Part shown: piece after piece, positions 17,572 to 26,340 of the stretch
How positions within the stretch are numbered: position 1 is the first letter of the stretch
Layout: each line of letters opens with the position of its first letter
Source: Candidatus Magasanikiibacteriota bacterium
GTDB taxonomy: Bacteria > Patescibacteriota > Patescibacteriia > Magasanikbacterales > UBA922
Direction of reading: 5' to 3'
DNA: 64,000 nt
Assembly (NCBI GenBank): GCA_041665025.1
Contig: JBAYJP010000004.1
Span: 26,311-90,310, forward strand
Notes under the pieces: model-generated
What the model was told of the DNA's origin: nothing
Seen by the model: the letters and a program-made list of their open reading frames with translations, nothing else
Databases searched by the model: none
Made by a program: the position numbers and the translations under genes

Positions 17572-19452
17572 ATGCCGTTCAAACCCGTTAGTTTTGGAAA
17601 AAATCCAAAGTTCGCTCCCATATCTGCTCCAGAAGATGAACAAAAGAAAAAAGTTCAGCAGGAAATGGTGTCGTTGAAAGAAGAGCGTTTGTACCGCGAG
17701 GGCACTGTTGCCATTCGCGATCTTATTGCACCTTCTGCGTTTAGAGTTGAGTCAAGCTTTCTTCAGTTGGGTACGACTATGCTTCGGACTATTTTTATCG
17801 TGAGTTACCCTCGCTATATTTCTGTCGGATGGAGTGCGCCTATACTCAATTTGAATTTGACCATGGATATTAGTATGTTCTTTTATCCGATTAATTCTGC
17901 GATTATTTTGAAACAGCTCAAGAAAAAAGTAGGTGCATTGCAAGCGCAATTATCCGCGGATGCAGAAAAAGGAGCGCCCCGTGATCCAGTACGCGAAACG
18001 GCGTTGCAAGATATTGAACAATTGCGCGATGATTTGACTCAAGGCACTGAACATTTTTTTCAATTTGCGTTTTATATCACATTATATTCCACGAATCTTG
18101 AAGAATTGGAACGTATTACCGATGATATCCATAATATTTTTGGTTCAAAATTGATTCACAGCAAACATGTGTTGTATCAGGCAGAACAGGGATTTAATTC
18201 GACGGTACCGATGAGCGTCGATGAGCTTGTTATTGCGTTTAATATGAATTCATCTCCTATTGCAGCGTCATTTCCTTTTATATCTTCTGAGCTGACTTCC
18301 GACGATGGTATCTTGTATGGTGTGAATCGCCACAATAACAGTCTTATTTTGTTTGACCGTTTTTCTTTGCAAAATGCAAATATGGTCGTATTTGCAACCT
18401 CTGGTGCAGGAAAATCATATGCGGTTAAGTTGGAAATTTTGCGCAGTCTCATGATGGGAGTGGATATCATTGTCATCGACCCTGAAATGGAGTACGTGCA
18501 TCTTTGCGAGGCAGTAGGGGGTACGTATATCAGTATTTCTCTTGCTTCGGAAAGTAAAGTCAATCCGTTTGATTTGCCTCGACCTGTTGGGCAACAAGTT
18601 TCAACTGAAGATATTATCCGGAGTGCAGTTATTACACTCAAAGGGTTGTTGCGTATTATGTTTGGCACTATTACTGCCCAAGAGGATTCTATTTTGGATA
18701 GAGCATTGCTTGAAACATATGCCAAAAAAGATATTACTGCCCAAAGCGATTTGTCTACGGTTGAGCCGCCAATTATGCAAGATTTGCTTGATGTACTTGA
18801 AGGTATGGAAGGCGCAGAAACACTTGTGTTAAAGTTGAAAAAATATACGGAAGGAACATTTGCAGGACTTTTCAATTCACCGACCAATGTAAACATGAGC
18901 AATCAGCTTGTCATATTTAGTGTGCGTGATTTGGAAGATGAATTGCGTCCCATGGCTATTTATACATTGGTCAATTATATTTGGAATATTGTACGTTCGG
19001 AGCGCAAAAAGCGTTTGCTCATGATTGATGAGGCGTGGTGGCTCATGATGCATGAAGATAGCGCAAAATTTATGTACGCGCTTGTGAAACGGTGTCGCAA
19101 ATATTATTTGGGTGTTACGACGATTACCCAAGATGTGAATGATTTCTTGCGTTCTCAATATGGGCAAGCGATTGTAAACAACTCTGCGTTGCAAATGCTC
19201 TTGCGCCAGTCGCCGTCTGCGGTGGACGTGATCCAAAAAACATTCATGCTGACTGAAGGAGAGAAATATTTGCTTTTGGAAAGTCCGGTAGGGCAGGGTA
19301 TATTTTTTGCAGGCAACAAACATGCGGCCATTCAGATTGTTGCTTCATATACCGAAGACCAATTGGTTACATCAAATCCCCAGCAATTGCTTGAAATCGA
19401 GCGTGCTAAAAAAGAATTTGAACAGCAGATGACGGGACGAGACCAAAGTTGA
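17572..19452 (+). CDS. VirB4-like (TraC/TcpF-type) secretion ATPase
   Basis: GILYGVN, Walker A ATSGAGKS, IVIDPEMEY, Walker B LMIDEAW, KRCRKY, ITQDVNDF. Confidence 0.9.
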   Translation: MPFKPVSFGKNPKFAPISAPEDEQKKKVQQEMVSLKEERLYREGTVAIRDLIAPSAFRVESSFLQLGTTMLRTIFIVSYPRYISVGWSAPILNLNLTMDISMFFYPINSAIILKQLKKKVGALQAQLSADAEKGAPRDPVRETALQDIEQLRDDLTQGTEHFFQFAFYITLYSTNLEELERITDDIHNIFGSKLIHSKHVLYQAEQGFNSTVPMSVDELVIAFNMNSSPIAASFPFISSELTSDDGILYGVNRHNNSLILFDRFSLQNANMVVFATSGAGKSYAVKLEILRSLMMGVDIIVIDPEMEYVHLCEAVGGTYISISLASESKVNPFDLPRPVGQQVSTEDIIRSAVITLKGLLRIMFGTITAQEDSILDRALLETYAKKDITAQSDLSTVEPPIMQDLLDVLEGMEGAETLVLKLKKYTEGTFAGLFNSPTNVNMSNQLVIFSVRDLEDELRPMAIYTLVNYIWNIVRSERKKRLLMIDEAWWLMMHEDSAKFMYALVKRCRKYYLGVTTITQDVNDFLRSQYGQAIVNNSALQMLLRQSPSAVDVIQKTFMLTEGEKYLLLESPVGQGIFFAGNKHAAIQIVASYTEDQLVTSNPQQLLEIERAKKEFEQQMTGRDQS

Positions 19453-19453
19453 A

Positions 19454-19487
19454 TAAGTAGCTAAGTTGGCTAAGTTACCTAAGTTGC
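19454..19487. repeat. Left arm (taagttnnc tandem) of four-helix-bundle cassette 1
   Basis: taagtagc taagttggc taagttacc taagttgc. Confidence 0.88.
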
Positions 19488-19491
19488 GGAT

Positions 19492-19845
19492 ATGGGGACG
19501 TATAAAGATTTGGATGTATATAATAGATCATTTAAATGTTCTATTGCGATTTATAAATTAAGTTTAGAATTGCCAAAATATTTGCAGTATGATATTGCAG
19601 ATGATATACGAAGGGCAGCGCGGTCAATTCCATCCAATATTGCTGAAGGATATGGTAGAGATAAATCTAGTGCTGACAAAATAAATTTTCTTAGAACCTC
19701 GCTTGGTTCTAATGATGAGGTATTATTTAATCTTGAGTTTATATTTCAACTAGGTTTAATCAAAAGAGAAAGATATGAAAAAGCAGTCGAGCAGTATACC
19801 ATTATAGGGGCAGAGCTTTTTAAACTCATTCAGACATTAAAATAA
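19492..19845 (+). CDS. Four helix bundle protein (23S rRNA IVP / TIGR02436 family)
   Basis: YKDLDVY, LPKYLQYDIADDIRRAARSIPSNIAEGYGR, FLRTSLGSNDE. Confidence 0.92.
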   Translation: MGTYKDLDVYNRSFKCSIAIYKLSLELPKYLQYDIADDIRRAARSIPSNIAEGYGRDKSSADKINFLRTSLGSNDEVLFNLEFIFQLGLIKRERYEKAVEQYTIIGAELFKLIQTLK

Positions 19846-19849
19846 TTTT

Positions 19850-19890
19850 CAACTTAGATAACTCAGGTACTTAGTTAACTTAGCTACTTA
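19850..19890. repeat. Right arm (inverted) of four-helix-bundle cassette 1
   Basis: caacttagataactcaggtacttagttaacttagctactta; its reverse complement starts taagtagctaagtt, identical to the left arm for 14 bp. Confidence 0.88.
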
Positions 19891-19895
19891 CGTAT

Positions 19896-20486
19896 ATGTT
19901 AACCCTTCGTCAACGAATTTTCATTATCTCAGGAATAATCATCGGGGTGATACTCGCGGTTGTTTTATTTATTTTATATGCGCGCGCTCCTAAAGCTCCC
20001 GATGCCGATGTCATAGAGGAACAGGCTGACCAAAATCAAGCGAATGTAAATACACAGCAAACGCAAATACCGCGCGTTATTGTACCTGCTCCAACTTCTA
20101 CAGTTCCACAAACCCCAGAAGAAGTATATATGAAGCAACTTGCCAAAATGTTTGTTGAGCGGTTTTTGAGTTATTCAAATCAATCAGGAGATCAACATCT
20201 CGAAGACGTATTGACATTTGTTACGCCAAAGATGAAAGCATGGGTTCTCAATCAGGCTGTGGAACAAAAACAGGTGTATGAAGGAATGACAACTTCTGTA
20301 TTAAGTACACACGTTTTGGAAAAGACAGGAGACAAGGCAAAAATTGAAATCGGTGCACAACAAATCGTAACCAGAGAAAAAGAAAATGGCGGGATAGAGA
20401 CGCTCACCGAACAAAAAACAGGCAGTGTTGATTTGGTAAAAGTTGGGGGTGAATGGAAAGTGGATGGGGTGTGGTGGGACGAATAA
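19896..20486 (+). CDS. Bitopic membrane protein, possible VirB8/TcpC-like NTF2 fold
   Basis: N-terminal TM helix, LAKMFVERFLSYSNQ, C-terminal VDLVKVGGEWKVD; lies directly after VirB4. Confidence 0.6.
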   Translation: MLTLRQRIFIISGIIIGVILAVVLFILYARAPKAPDADVIEEQADQNQANVNTQQTQIPRVIVPAPTSTVPQTPEEVYMKQLAKMFVERFLSYSNQSGDQHLEDVLTFVTPKMKAWVLNQAVEQKQVYEGMTTSVLSTHVLEKTGDKAKIEIGAQQIVTREKENGGIETLTEQKTGSVDLVKVGGEWKVDGVWWDE

Positions 20487-20489
20487 CGT

Positions 20490-20528
20490 AGTTATAAAGT
20501 TGAAAGTTATAAAGTTTGTAAAGTTCAA
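20490..20528. repeat. Family B (aaagtt-type) left arm only
   Basis: agttataaagttgaaagttataaagtttgtaaagttc. Confidence 0.8.
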
Positions 20529-20565
20529 ATCAATTTTTCATAATTCATCATTAATCTTAATGTCT

Positions 20566-21810
20566 ATGGAACAAGCCATGACGGCCACTAAGACAGTGAC
20601 CAATACCAAGCTGCTTGTAGCAACAGCCGTAATGCTCGTGGCAGGAGGATTGGCATTTGCCGTGGCGCCATTTAGTTATTCTCGAGAAGGTGCAAATTGT
20701 ATAGACTCAGTCACACTCGAGAAACAGTGTGGCAAAACGGGCTATAACTCCGCGTCGTTCACCTGTAGTGATGGTACTAAAATCGTTCAGTCAGAGAAAA
20801 AATGTCTAACTGCGAAGCAATGGGATTCCTACAGTGCACAATTATGCAAATCGCATTGTAAGGCAACAGGAGTAACTAAAAAAAATCTTGACCCAAGCTC
20901 AGGCCAAGTGAGAGAACTTTGCAGCGACAACCAAGATAATGATGGCGACCAATTGGTTGATTGTGCTGATAATGAATGTAATAGCGATACAAATTGTGCT
21001 GCCGTAAGCAGGACTGGGACGGGAGAGATACCCTCAACTGCAGTTATCTTTGCAGATATTAATTTAGAAAATGCTGTTCGGGAAACAATTAATAAGCCCA
21101 ATGGGTATGTCCTTAAGTCAGACGTCAATTCTATAGCAGAATTACGACTGAATGGGAAAGGGATTTTGAACCTTCAAGGTTTAGAAGAATTTAGGTCCTT
21201 GGTACTCTTAGATTTAAGAGACAACCAGATTAGTGATATTGCTCCGATAACTAGTCTGACAGGATTAATGAATCTTAATATAGATAATAATCGGATCACC
21301 AGTCTAGGTCAGTTTCGTCATCTTATAGCTTTGCAAGAATTATCTTTAAGGCAAAACCAGATAACGAGTATGGATATCCAGGGATCAATTTCTGGATTAA
21401 AAAGATTATATCTTAGCAACAATCAGATAAATGACATGAGTGGACTTATCACTCCACTATCATTATTTGCGTTTCCTATGTTGGAAGAGATCTATTTGGA
21501 TAATAATCAGATAAGTTCTCTGAGTGCTTTTAGCGGGGTGCAGACTATCAAAAAATTGAATCTAGCAAATAATCCAATTAGTGATATTTCTCCTTTGGAT
21601 TCTTCCTTACAGATAACATTTATTGATTTAACTAACAATCCCATACATAGTCTTGAAAGGATGAGATATTGGAATAGCTTACAAAGAGTTTTGGTGGGAG
21701 GAACTGCTTTAGATGGTCCTGAAGATTGCACGATGATTGGTAATCTCAGGGCGAGAGGGGTTACGGTAATAGTAGACAGTAGGATAAGTAATACCCTGTG
21801 TGAAATTTAA
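20566..21810 (+). CDS. Secreted Cys-rich plus internalin-like leucine-rich-repeat protein
   Basis: Signal/TM segment, DNDGDQLVDCADNEC, FADINLENAVR, repeated LxLxxNQIxDI. Confidence 0.85.
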   Translation: MEQAMTATKTVTNTKLLVATAVMLVAGGLAFAVAPFSYSREGANCIDSVTLEKQCGKTGYNSASFTCSDGTKIVQSEKKCLTAKQWDSYSAQLCKSHCKATGVTKKNLDPSSGQVRELCSDNQDNDGDQLVDCADNECNSDTNCAAVSRTGTGEIPSTAVIFADINLENAVRETINKPNGYVLKSDVNSIAELRLNGKGILNLQGLEEFRSLVLLDLRDNQISDIAPITSLTGLMNLNIDNNRITSLGQFRHLIALQELSLRQNQITSMDIQGSISGLKRLYLSNNQINDMSGLITPLSLFAFPMLEEIYLDNNQISSLSAFSGVQTIKKLNLANNPISDISPLDSSLQITFIDLTNNPIHSLERMRYWNSLQRVLVGGTALDGPEDCTMIGNLRARGVTVIVDSRISNTLCEI

Positions 21811-21843
21811 GACTTTAAAAAGCAATTTATTAATTCAATATAT

Positions 21844-23190
21844 ATGGAACAAACTATGACTGTCACTAAGAGTATAACCAATACCAAGCTGCTCGTGGCA
21901 ACAGGCGTAATGCTCGCAGCAGGAGGACTCGCATTTGCGACAGTGCCATTATCATATCAAAATGCACAGGGACAAAAATGCGGGGTAAATAGTTATAGTG
22001 TATCTCAAAATTGTGGGGGTTCTTCGTACAGACAAGCTAAAATCACATGTCACGATGGAAGTTCATATAATTTAGGAGGTCCTACATCATGTAAACCAGC
22101 AAAGACATGGGAGACGTATGCACAAAAACAATGCTATAATAGATGTGCAGTGCCTGTTTCAGCTCCACAGCTCACCATGGCAAGAGCTAGTGACTATGTT
22201 TCTGGAGACATGATTTTGGATAACAGATTTTTAATGGATCGTTTTATTTTGTCGGCTTCGAATCAAGAAGATATCCAGCTCAACCGAATGACATTTGCTA
22301 TCCTAAGAGCAGGAAGTGGTACTTTTTCTGGTAGAAATTGGAAACTTTCTTTTAATGATGGGGCTCAAGAATTTCAAAGCGAAGCTACGTATTCGTCGTC
22401 TCTTTCTGGCAGTGTTACATTTGATACCAATGTTATCATTCCAAAGGGGACGAATGTAAGGGCGACGCTTTATACAGATACGACCGAATCCCAAGGCGAT
22501 GTCTTTGTTTATACTGCACTTCGTGATCCTGGTGTAGTAGCTCGAGGTGTATCGAGTGCACAAAATGCTCAAATTATGGGGTTGCCTATTGTATGTCCAA
22601 CACGTTATGGGGAGTTTCCAACTATGACAACGTCAACAGCTTTCCCGGTAGTAGCGTTGCGTCCGTTAGACAGCACTCGTCTTATGAATGGCACAGGAGA
22701 TTTATTTAAGTTTACTATAACTGCCGCATCAGACGATATTTCTCTTTATGGCGTAACTTTCGATATCCAATCTTACAATGTATCAGTAGATAATTTATAT
22801 CTGTATGACGTGACAAACAGTAGTTTTGAGATACAGTTAAACAGTACAACAGGTACTGCTGGTTTATGGCAAACAGTGGGCAGTGACTGGGCAACAAATT
22901 ATCCAAATAAAGAAATAGCCATATCAGGTGGCACTTCACGTACGTTTGTAGTAAGAGGTAATATAAGAGGAGCTACTATAGGTTCTGCAGTCATGGTGAG
23001 ATTGGCCGGTGATGCCAATTCTATACCTGCAGGTAGCGCTGCACAGATTGACGCGAGTGCTGACGGCGATTTTATCTGGTCTGATAGGAGTAATGCAAGC
23101 CATGGTATAACAACAGATGATTGGTTTAATGGTTATGGTGTTTCAGGGCTTCCTGCAACATTCACTAATTATCAGACGTTAGCCTACTAA
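21844..23190 (+). CDS. Secreted/surface protein with an N-terminus paralogous to the LRR protein
   Basis: MEQTMTVTKSITNTKLLVATGVMLAAGGLAFA, Cys-rich module, beta-rich C-terminus with IWSDRS...DWFNGY. Confidence 0.8.
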   Translation: MEQTMTVTKSITNTKLLVATGVMLAAGGLAFATVPLSYQNAQGQKCGVNSYSVSQNCGGSSYRQAKITCHDGSSYNLGGPTSCKPAKTWETYAQKQCYNRCAVPVSAPQLTMARASDYVSGDMILDNRFLMDRFILSASNQEDIQLNRMTFAILRAGSGTFSGRNWKLSFNDGAQEFQSEATYSSSLSGSVTFDTNVIIPKGTNVRATLYTDTTESQGDVFVYTALRDPGVVARGVSSAQNAQIMGLPIVCPTRYGEFPTMTTSTAFPVVALRPLDSTRLMNGTGDLFKFTITAASDDISLYGVTFDIQSYNVSVDNLYLYDVTNSSFEIQLNSTTGTAGLWQTVGSDWATNYPNKEIAISGGTSRTFVVRGNIRGATIGSAVMVRLAGDANSIPAGSAAQIDASADGDFIWSDRSNASHGITTDDWFNGYGVSGLPATFTNYQTLAY

Positions 23191-23209
23191 CTAAATTTGA
23201 GTAGTCATC

Positions 23210-23239
23210 AAAAAAGCTCGCTATATTGGCGGGCTTTTT
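23210..23239. terminator. Bidirectional intrinsic terminator
   Basis: aaaaaagctcgcta-tat-tggcgggcttttt between convergent genes. Confidence 0.75.
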
Positions 23240-23265
23240 ATATTGCCATGTCTAGTATGTTTTAT

Positions 23266-23982
23266 TTATCCTCGCGCAATGGTAAATCCGATTGTTTGTG
23301 TCGCGTTATTTTCTTTTAGTACCTTGGCACATTCTTGCATCGTACTTCCAGTAGTAAATACGTCATCAACAATGATTATCGTCTTATTTTTTATCATATC
23401 TTTTTGCGTCTCTTCGATTTCAAATGCATTTGCGAGATTTGTCAGTCGACCTCCACGATTTAATTTGGCCTGCTGTTTGGTATGCCGTGATCGTTTTAGT
23501 GGTTTCAATAATGGAATATGCATTATATTAGAAATAATTTGTGCGAGGAGTTCAGCTTGGTTAAATCCGCGTTCAGCGTATCGTCGTTTGTGAAGGGGGA
23601 TGGGTATCAAAAAGTCTGCTTCGAGTTTATAGCGCGAAAGAAAATGTAAAAATATTTTTTCACATGTTCCCAAAATATCTTGCGCATATGAATACTTGAG
23701 CGTATGTATGATGTTGCCCTTGAGGGAATGTTCTTGATACGGTGTTATTGCAATATGAAGGTCCAAAGATGATTGAGGTCTGCATGCCTCACAGCATACC
23801 CCATCTGGTTGTTTTGCATGGCATACAGGACAACAAAAAACACCCGACAAGTCGAGCGTTTTAAAACATTGTTCGCATACAAATGATCCCTCGACATTGC
23901 AACCAAGACAGTACATGGGAAACACGATATCTTTGACTGTCGTTAGATATTTTTGAATCAGTTTGTTTCCCTCCCTAAACAT
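23266..23982 (-). CDS. comF: ComF family competence protein (double zinc ribbon plus PRTase)
   Basis: CLGC..CEQC..CPVC..CEAC, IPIPLHKRRYAERGFNQAE, IIVDDVFTTGST. Confidence 0.92.
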   Translation of the reverse strand: MFREGNKLIQKYLTTVKDIVFPMYCLGCNVEGSFVCEQCFKTLDLSGVFCCPVCHAKQPDGVCCEACRPQSSLDLHIAITPYQEHSLKGNIIHTLKYSYAQDILGTCEKIFLHFLSRYKLEADFLIPIPLHKRRYAERGFNQAELLAQIISNIMHIPLLKPLKRSRHTKQQAKLNRGGRLTNLANAFEIEETQKDMIKNKTIIIVDDVFTTGSTMQECAKVLKENNATQTIGFTIARG

Positions 23983-23999
23983 ACTTTGTATATCGAAAA

Positions 24000-24105
24000 A
24001 TATTAAGATATTACGATATTGAAATTGTTACATTACGTTTTCACGTATCACGTAACACATAGCCCAACATGTAAAGTCTGTGTGTTTCATGAGGTGTTTA
24101 TGTGG
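24000..24105. repeat. Composite tandem arms (8-mer atattang; 7-mer tcacgta with a degenerate inverted partner)
   Basis: atattaagatattacgatattgaa, then tcacgtatcacgtaacacat ... gtgtgtttcatgaggtgtttatgtg. Confidence 0.55.
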
Positions 24106-25216
24106 TACTATGACCGCGCGTCCAATCGAGTATCACTTTTTTGACATCATCTGAATCAACAGTGATGACCCCTTTTTTCTGCAATTCATTTTCAAGAGCT
24201 TCTCTTTTTTTGAGAAGTTGTTTTTTTTTGCTCTCTGGTGTCTTTTGTAGGCCAGTATCTATGGCTTGAATTTCTTTCCAAATTTGTGCAACTTCCGGAT
24301 GTGCTTCCACTGCCGCCTGGTAAAGGATAGGGACTATAGATTCATGTACATGAGATACTTTTATCATTGCTGCGGCTTCATCTATCGCGTCTATCGCCTT
24401 GTCGGGCAATGTGCGTGTCTTTATGAGCTTATGTGATAATTCAGCAGCTACAATGAGAGCTGTATCAGTAAATTCAACTTTATGATACGTCCTATATTTA
24501 TCTTTGATGCCTTGTAGTATCTTTAACGTTTCTTTTACATCAGGTTCTTGTATTTCTACTGGTTGGAATCTGCGTTCAAGGCTTGGGTTGGTCAAAATAT
24601 ATTTTGCATACTCGTCTGTCGTCGTGGCGCCGATCATTTGTAATTCTCCTCGAGCCAAAGCAGGCTTGAGGATATCGGCAAAATTGACAGATCCTTCCGT
24701 ACCATGCGACTGTACGATAGAATGAATTTCGTCGATAAACAAGATAATAGAACGGTTTGCCTTTTCTATTTCTTCAAGAATTTTACGAATTCTTTTTTCA
24801 AATTCTCCGCGGTATTTGGTATCAGAGAGAAGCTTGGAAACTTCGAGAGAAATAACACGTTTATTTTTGAGTATGTCTGGGACGTTATTTTCAGCAACTT
24901 GTACTGCAAAACCTTCTACAATTGCAGTTTTTCCTACGCCTGGAGATCCCACAAGAATGGCATTATTTTTATTTCGGCGAATGAGGACTTGGGTTAGCTT
25001 GCGTATCTCATCGTCACGTCCGATTACCGGATCTATTTTTTTTATTCGGGCGAGTGCAGTGAAATCAATAGAAAAAGAATTAAGCATGGGAGTGGAAGAT
25101 GGGGCATACGTTTTTGCCCCCGCGTTATTTTTATTTTTATGTATTGCCAAAAAAAGTACAGTAATGATAATAAGAAGACCGAGTAGAGGAACATTATTCC
25201 AAAAAAGTGATGACAT
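24098..25216 (-). CDS. Clp/Hsp100-family single AAA+ domain protein with an N-terminal TM helix
   Basis: DPVIGRDDEI, GSPGVGKTAIVEG, KYRGEFEKR, ILFIDEIH, KPALARG, LERRFQ, LPDKAID. Confidence 0.88.
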   Translation of the reverse strand: MSSLFWNNVPLLGLLIIITVLFLAIHKNKNNAGAKTYAPSSTPMLNSFSIDFTALARIKKIDPVIGRDDEIRKLTQVLIRRNKNNAILVGSPGVGKTAIVEGFAVQVAENNVPDILKNKRVISLEVSKLLSDTKYRGEFEKRIRKILEEIEKANRSIILFIDEIHSIVQSHGTEGSVNFADILKPALARGELQMIGATTTDEYAKYILTNPSLERRFQPVEIQEPDVKETLKILQGIKDKYRTYHKVEFTDTALIVAAELSHKLIKTRTLPDKAIDAIDEAAAMIKVSHVHESIVPILYQAAVEAHPEVAQIWKEIQAIDTGLQKTPESKKKQLLKKREALENELQKKGVITVDSDDVKKVILDWTRGHSTT

Positions 25217-25287
25217 AGTAAATATTAGTTAATAATTGCATCCAGTATACCACTAAAATAACAAAAAATCACCTGCAGGGTGATTCT

Positions 25288-25375
25288 TGGCGGAGAGGGA
25301 GGGATTCGAACCCTCGAGACCTTGCGGTCTGCAGCTTTAGCAAAGCTGGACGATCGACCACTCTGACACCTCTCC
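25288..25375 (-). tRNA. tRNA-Ser(GCT)
   Basis: GGAGAGG acceptor, anticodon loop UUGCUAA, long variable arm, TTCGAAT, G73-CCA; D-stem poorly paired. Confidence 0.85.
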
Positions 25376-25391
25376 CAAATTGTTTTTTAAA

Positions 25392-25481
25392 TGGCGGAGA
25401 GATAGGGATTCGAACCCTAGGTCCACTTTCGCGGACTGCAGTTTAGTAAACTGCTGCTATCGACCACTCAGCCATCTCTCC
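25392..25481 (-). tRNA. tRNA-Ser(ACT), unusual A34 anticodon
   Basis: GGAGAGA-UG-GCU..AGC-A-GCAGU-UUACUAA-ACUGC-long variable arm-UAGGG-UUCGAAU-CCCUA-UCUCUCC-G-CCA. Confidence 0.88.
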
Positions 25482-25485
25482 TCGC

Positions 25486-25550
25486 AGTTATAAAGTTGAA
25501 AGTTTATAAAGTTATAACGTAACAATATTGGACATTATAACTTTTAACTT
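25486..25550. repeat. Family B tandem-inverted element between tRNAs
   Basis: agttataaagttgaaagtttataaagttataa ... ttataacttttaactt. Confidence 0.8.
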
Positions 25551-25555
25551 CGGCG

Positions 25556-25642
25556 CGGAGAGATAGGGATTCGAACCCTAGGTGGACTTTCATCCACAAC
25601 GGTTTTCAAGACCGCCGCCTTAAACCGCTCAGCCATCTCTCC
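25556..25642 (-). tRNA. tRNA-Ser(TGA)
   Basis: Anticodon loop CUUGAAA, long variable arm; CCA not encoded. Confidence 0.92.
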
Positions 25643-25750
25643 GTATTCTCGTATATAAGTAGCCCTCAGTATACCTCAAAATAGGCTGTTCGTCAACAGT
25701 ACATGGGCATCTCTTTAACTTTTATGCAAATTTGCTATACTTGTTCTCAT

Positions 25751-26209
25751 ATGGAAGATAATACACCTAATGGGTTTGCCATGATTTTGGACAACACAGT
25801 TTCAGAAGATGAAACTGAGGTTGATGCTCACCCGGTCTTTGGAACCGAAGGCGAAATGTGGGAACTTACCAAAGACGAGGGAAAATTGGCAGTTGACGTG
25901 GCGTATAATGATACGTGTGTTTTTGTGACGACTACCATGGCAGGCGCGGTCGCCGACCGGATAGAAGTATTTGTTCACGACGATTTGTTGACGATACGCG
26001 GTATGCGTCGTGACCCGCTTGAAGATGAGAAAGATATCATGCACGTGCACAACGAATGTTTTTGGGGGGTGTTTTCTCGTACCATTGTATTACCCACAGA
26101 AGTAAAAGGAGATTTGTCACAAGCGACATACAAAAGTGGTATTTTATTTATAAAAATTCCAAAACGAAAGGCTGATGCAAAAATACCTATTCGTATTGTG
26201 GAAGAATAA
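25751..26209 (+). CDS. Hsp20/alpha-crystallin small heat shock protein
   Basis: EGKLAVDV, DLLTIRG.R, ECFWGVFSRTIVLP, ATYKSGILFIKIPK. Confidence 0.9.
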   Translation: MEDNTPNGFAMILDNTVSEDETEVDAHPVFGTEGEMWELTKDEGKLAVDVAYNDTCVFVTTTMAGAVADRIEVFVHDDLLTIRGMRRDPLEDEKDIMHVHNECFWGVFSRTIVLPTEVKGDLSQATYKSGILFIKIPKRKADAKIPIRIVEE

Positions 26210-26210
26210 C

Positions 26211-26340
26211 TATGTGCGAACTACGAAATTATACGAAAGTACGAACTACGGAAATTTCGTAATTCGTACTTTCGTAAACTTTTCGCGAAAAGCGACGTGG
26301 TCGCCTCGCGACTTTACGTCGTAATTTCGTATATCACATA
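26211..26340. repeat. Family A-like tandem-inverted element with a nested GC-rich hairpin
   Basis: tatgtgcgaactacgaaattatacgaaagtacgaa...ttcgtactttcgta...ttcgtatatcacata; nested cgacgt-ggtcgc-ctc-gcgact-tt-acgtcg. Confidence 0.85.

Noticed and set aside
20443-20565. N-terminal ORF extensions in the supplied track (also 37959-37997, 32151-32174, 61865-61999, 1988-2020, 3071-3091)
   Set aside because: They are read-through of repeat arms or intergenic DNA; homology and paralogue alignment support the downstream ATGs.
7878-25642. Integrative conjugative element inserted at tRNA-Ser
   Set aside because: No integrase, relaxase, coupling protein or att duplication was seen, and the genes are interleaved with core functions.
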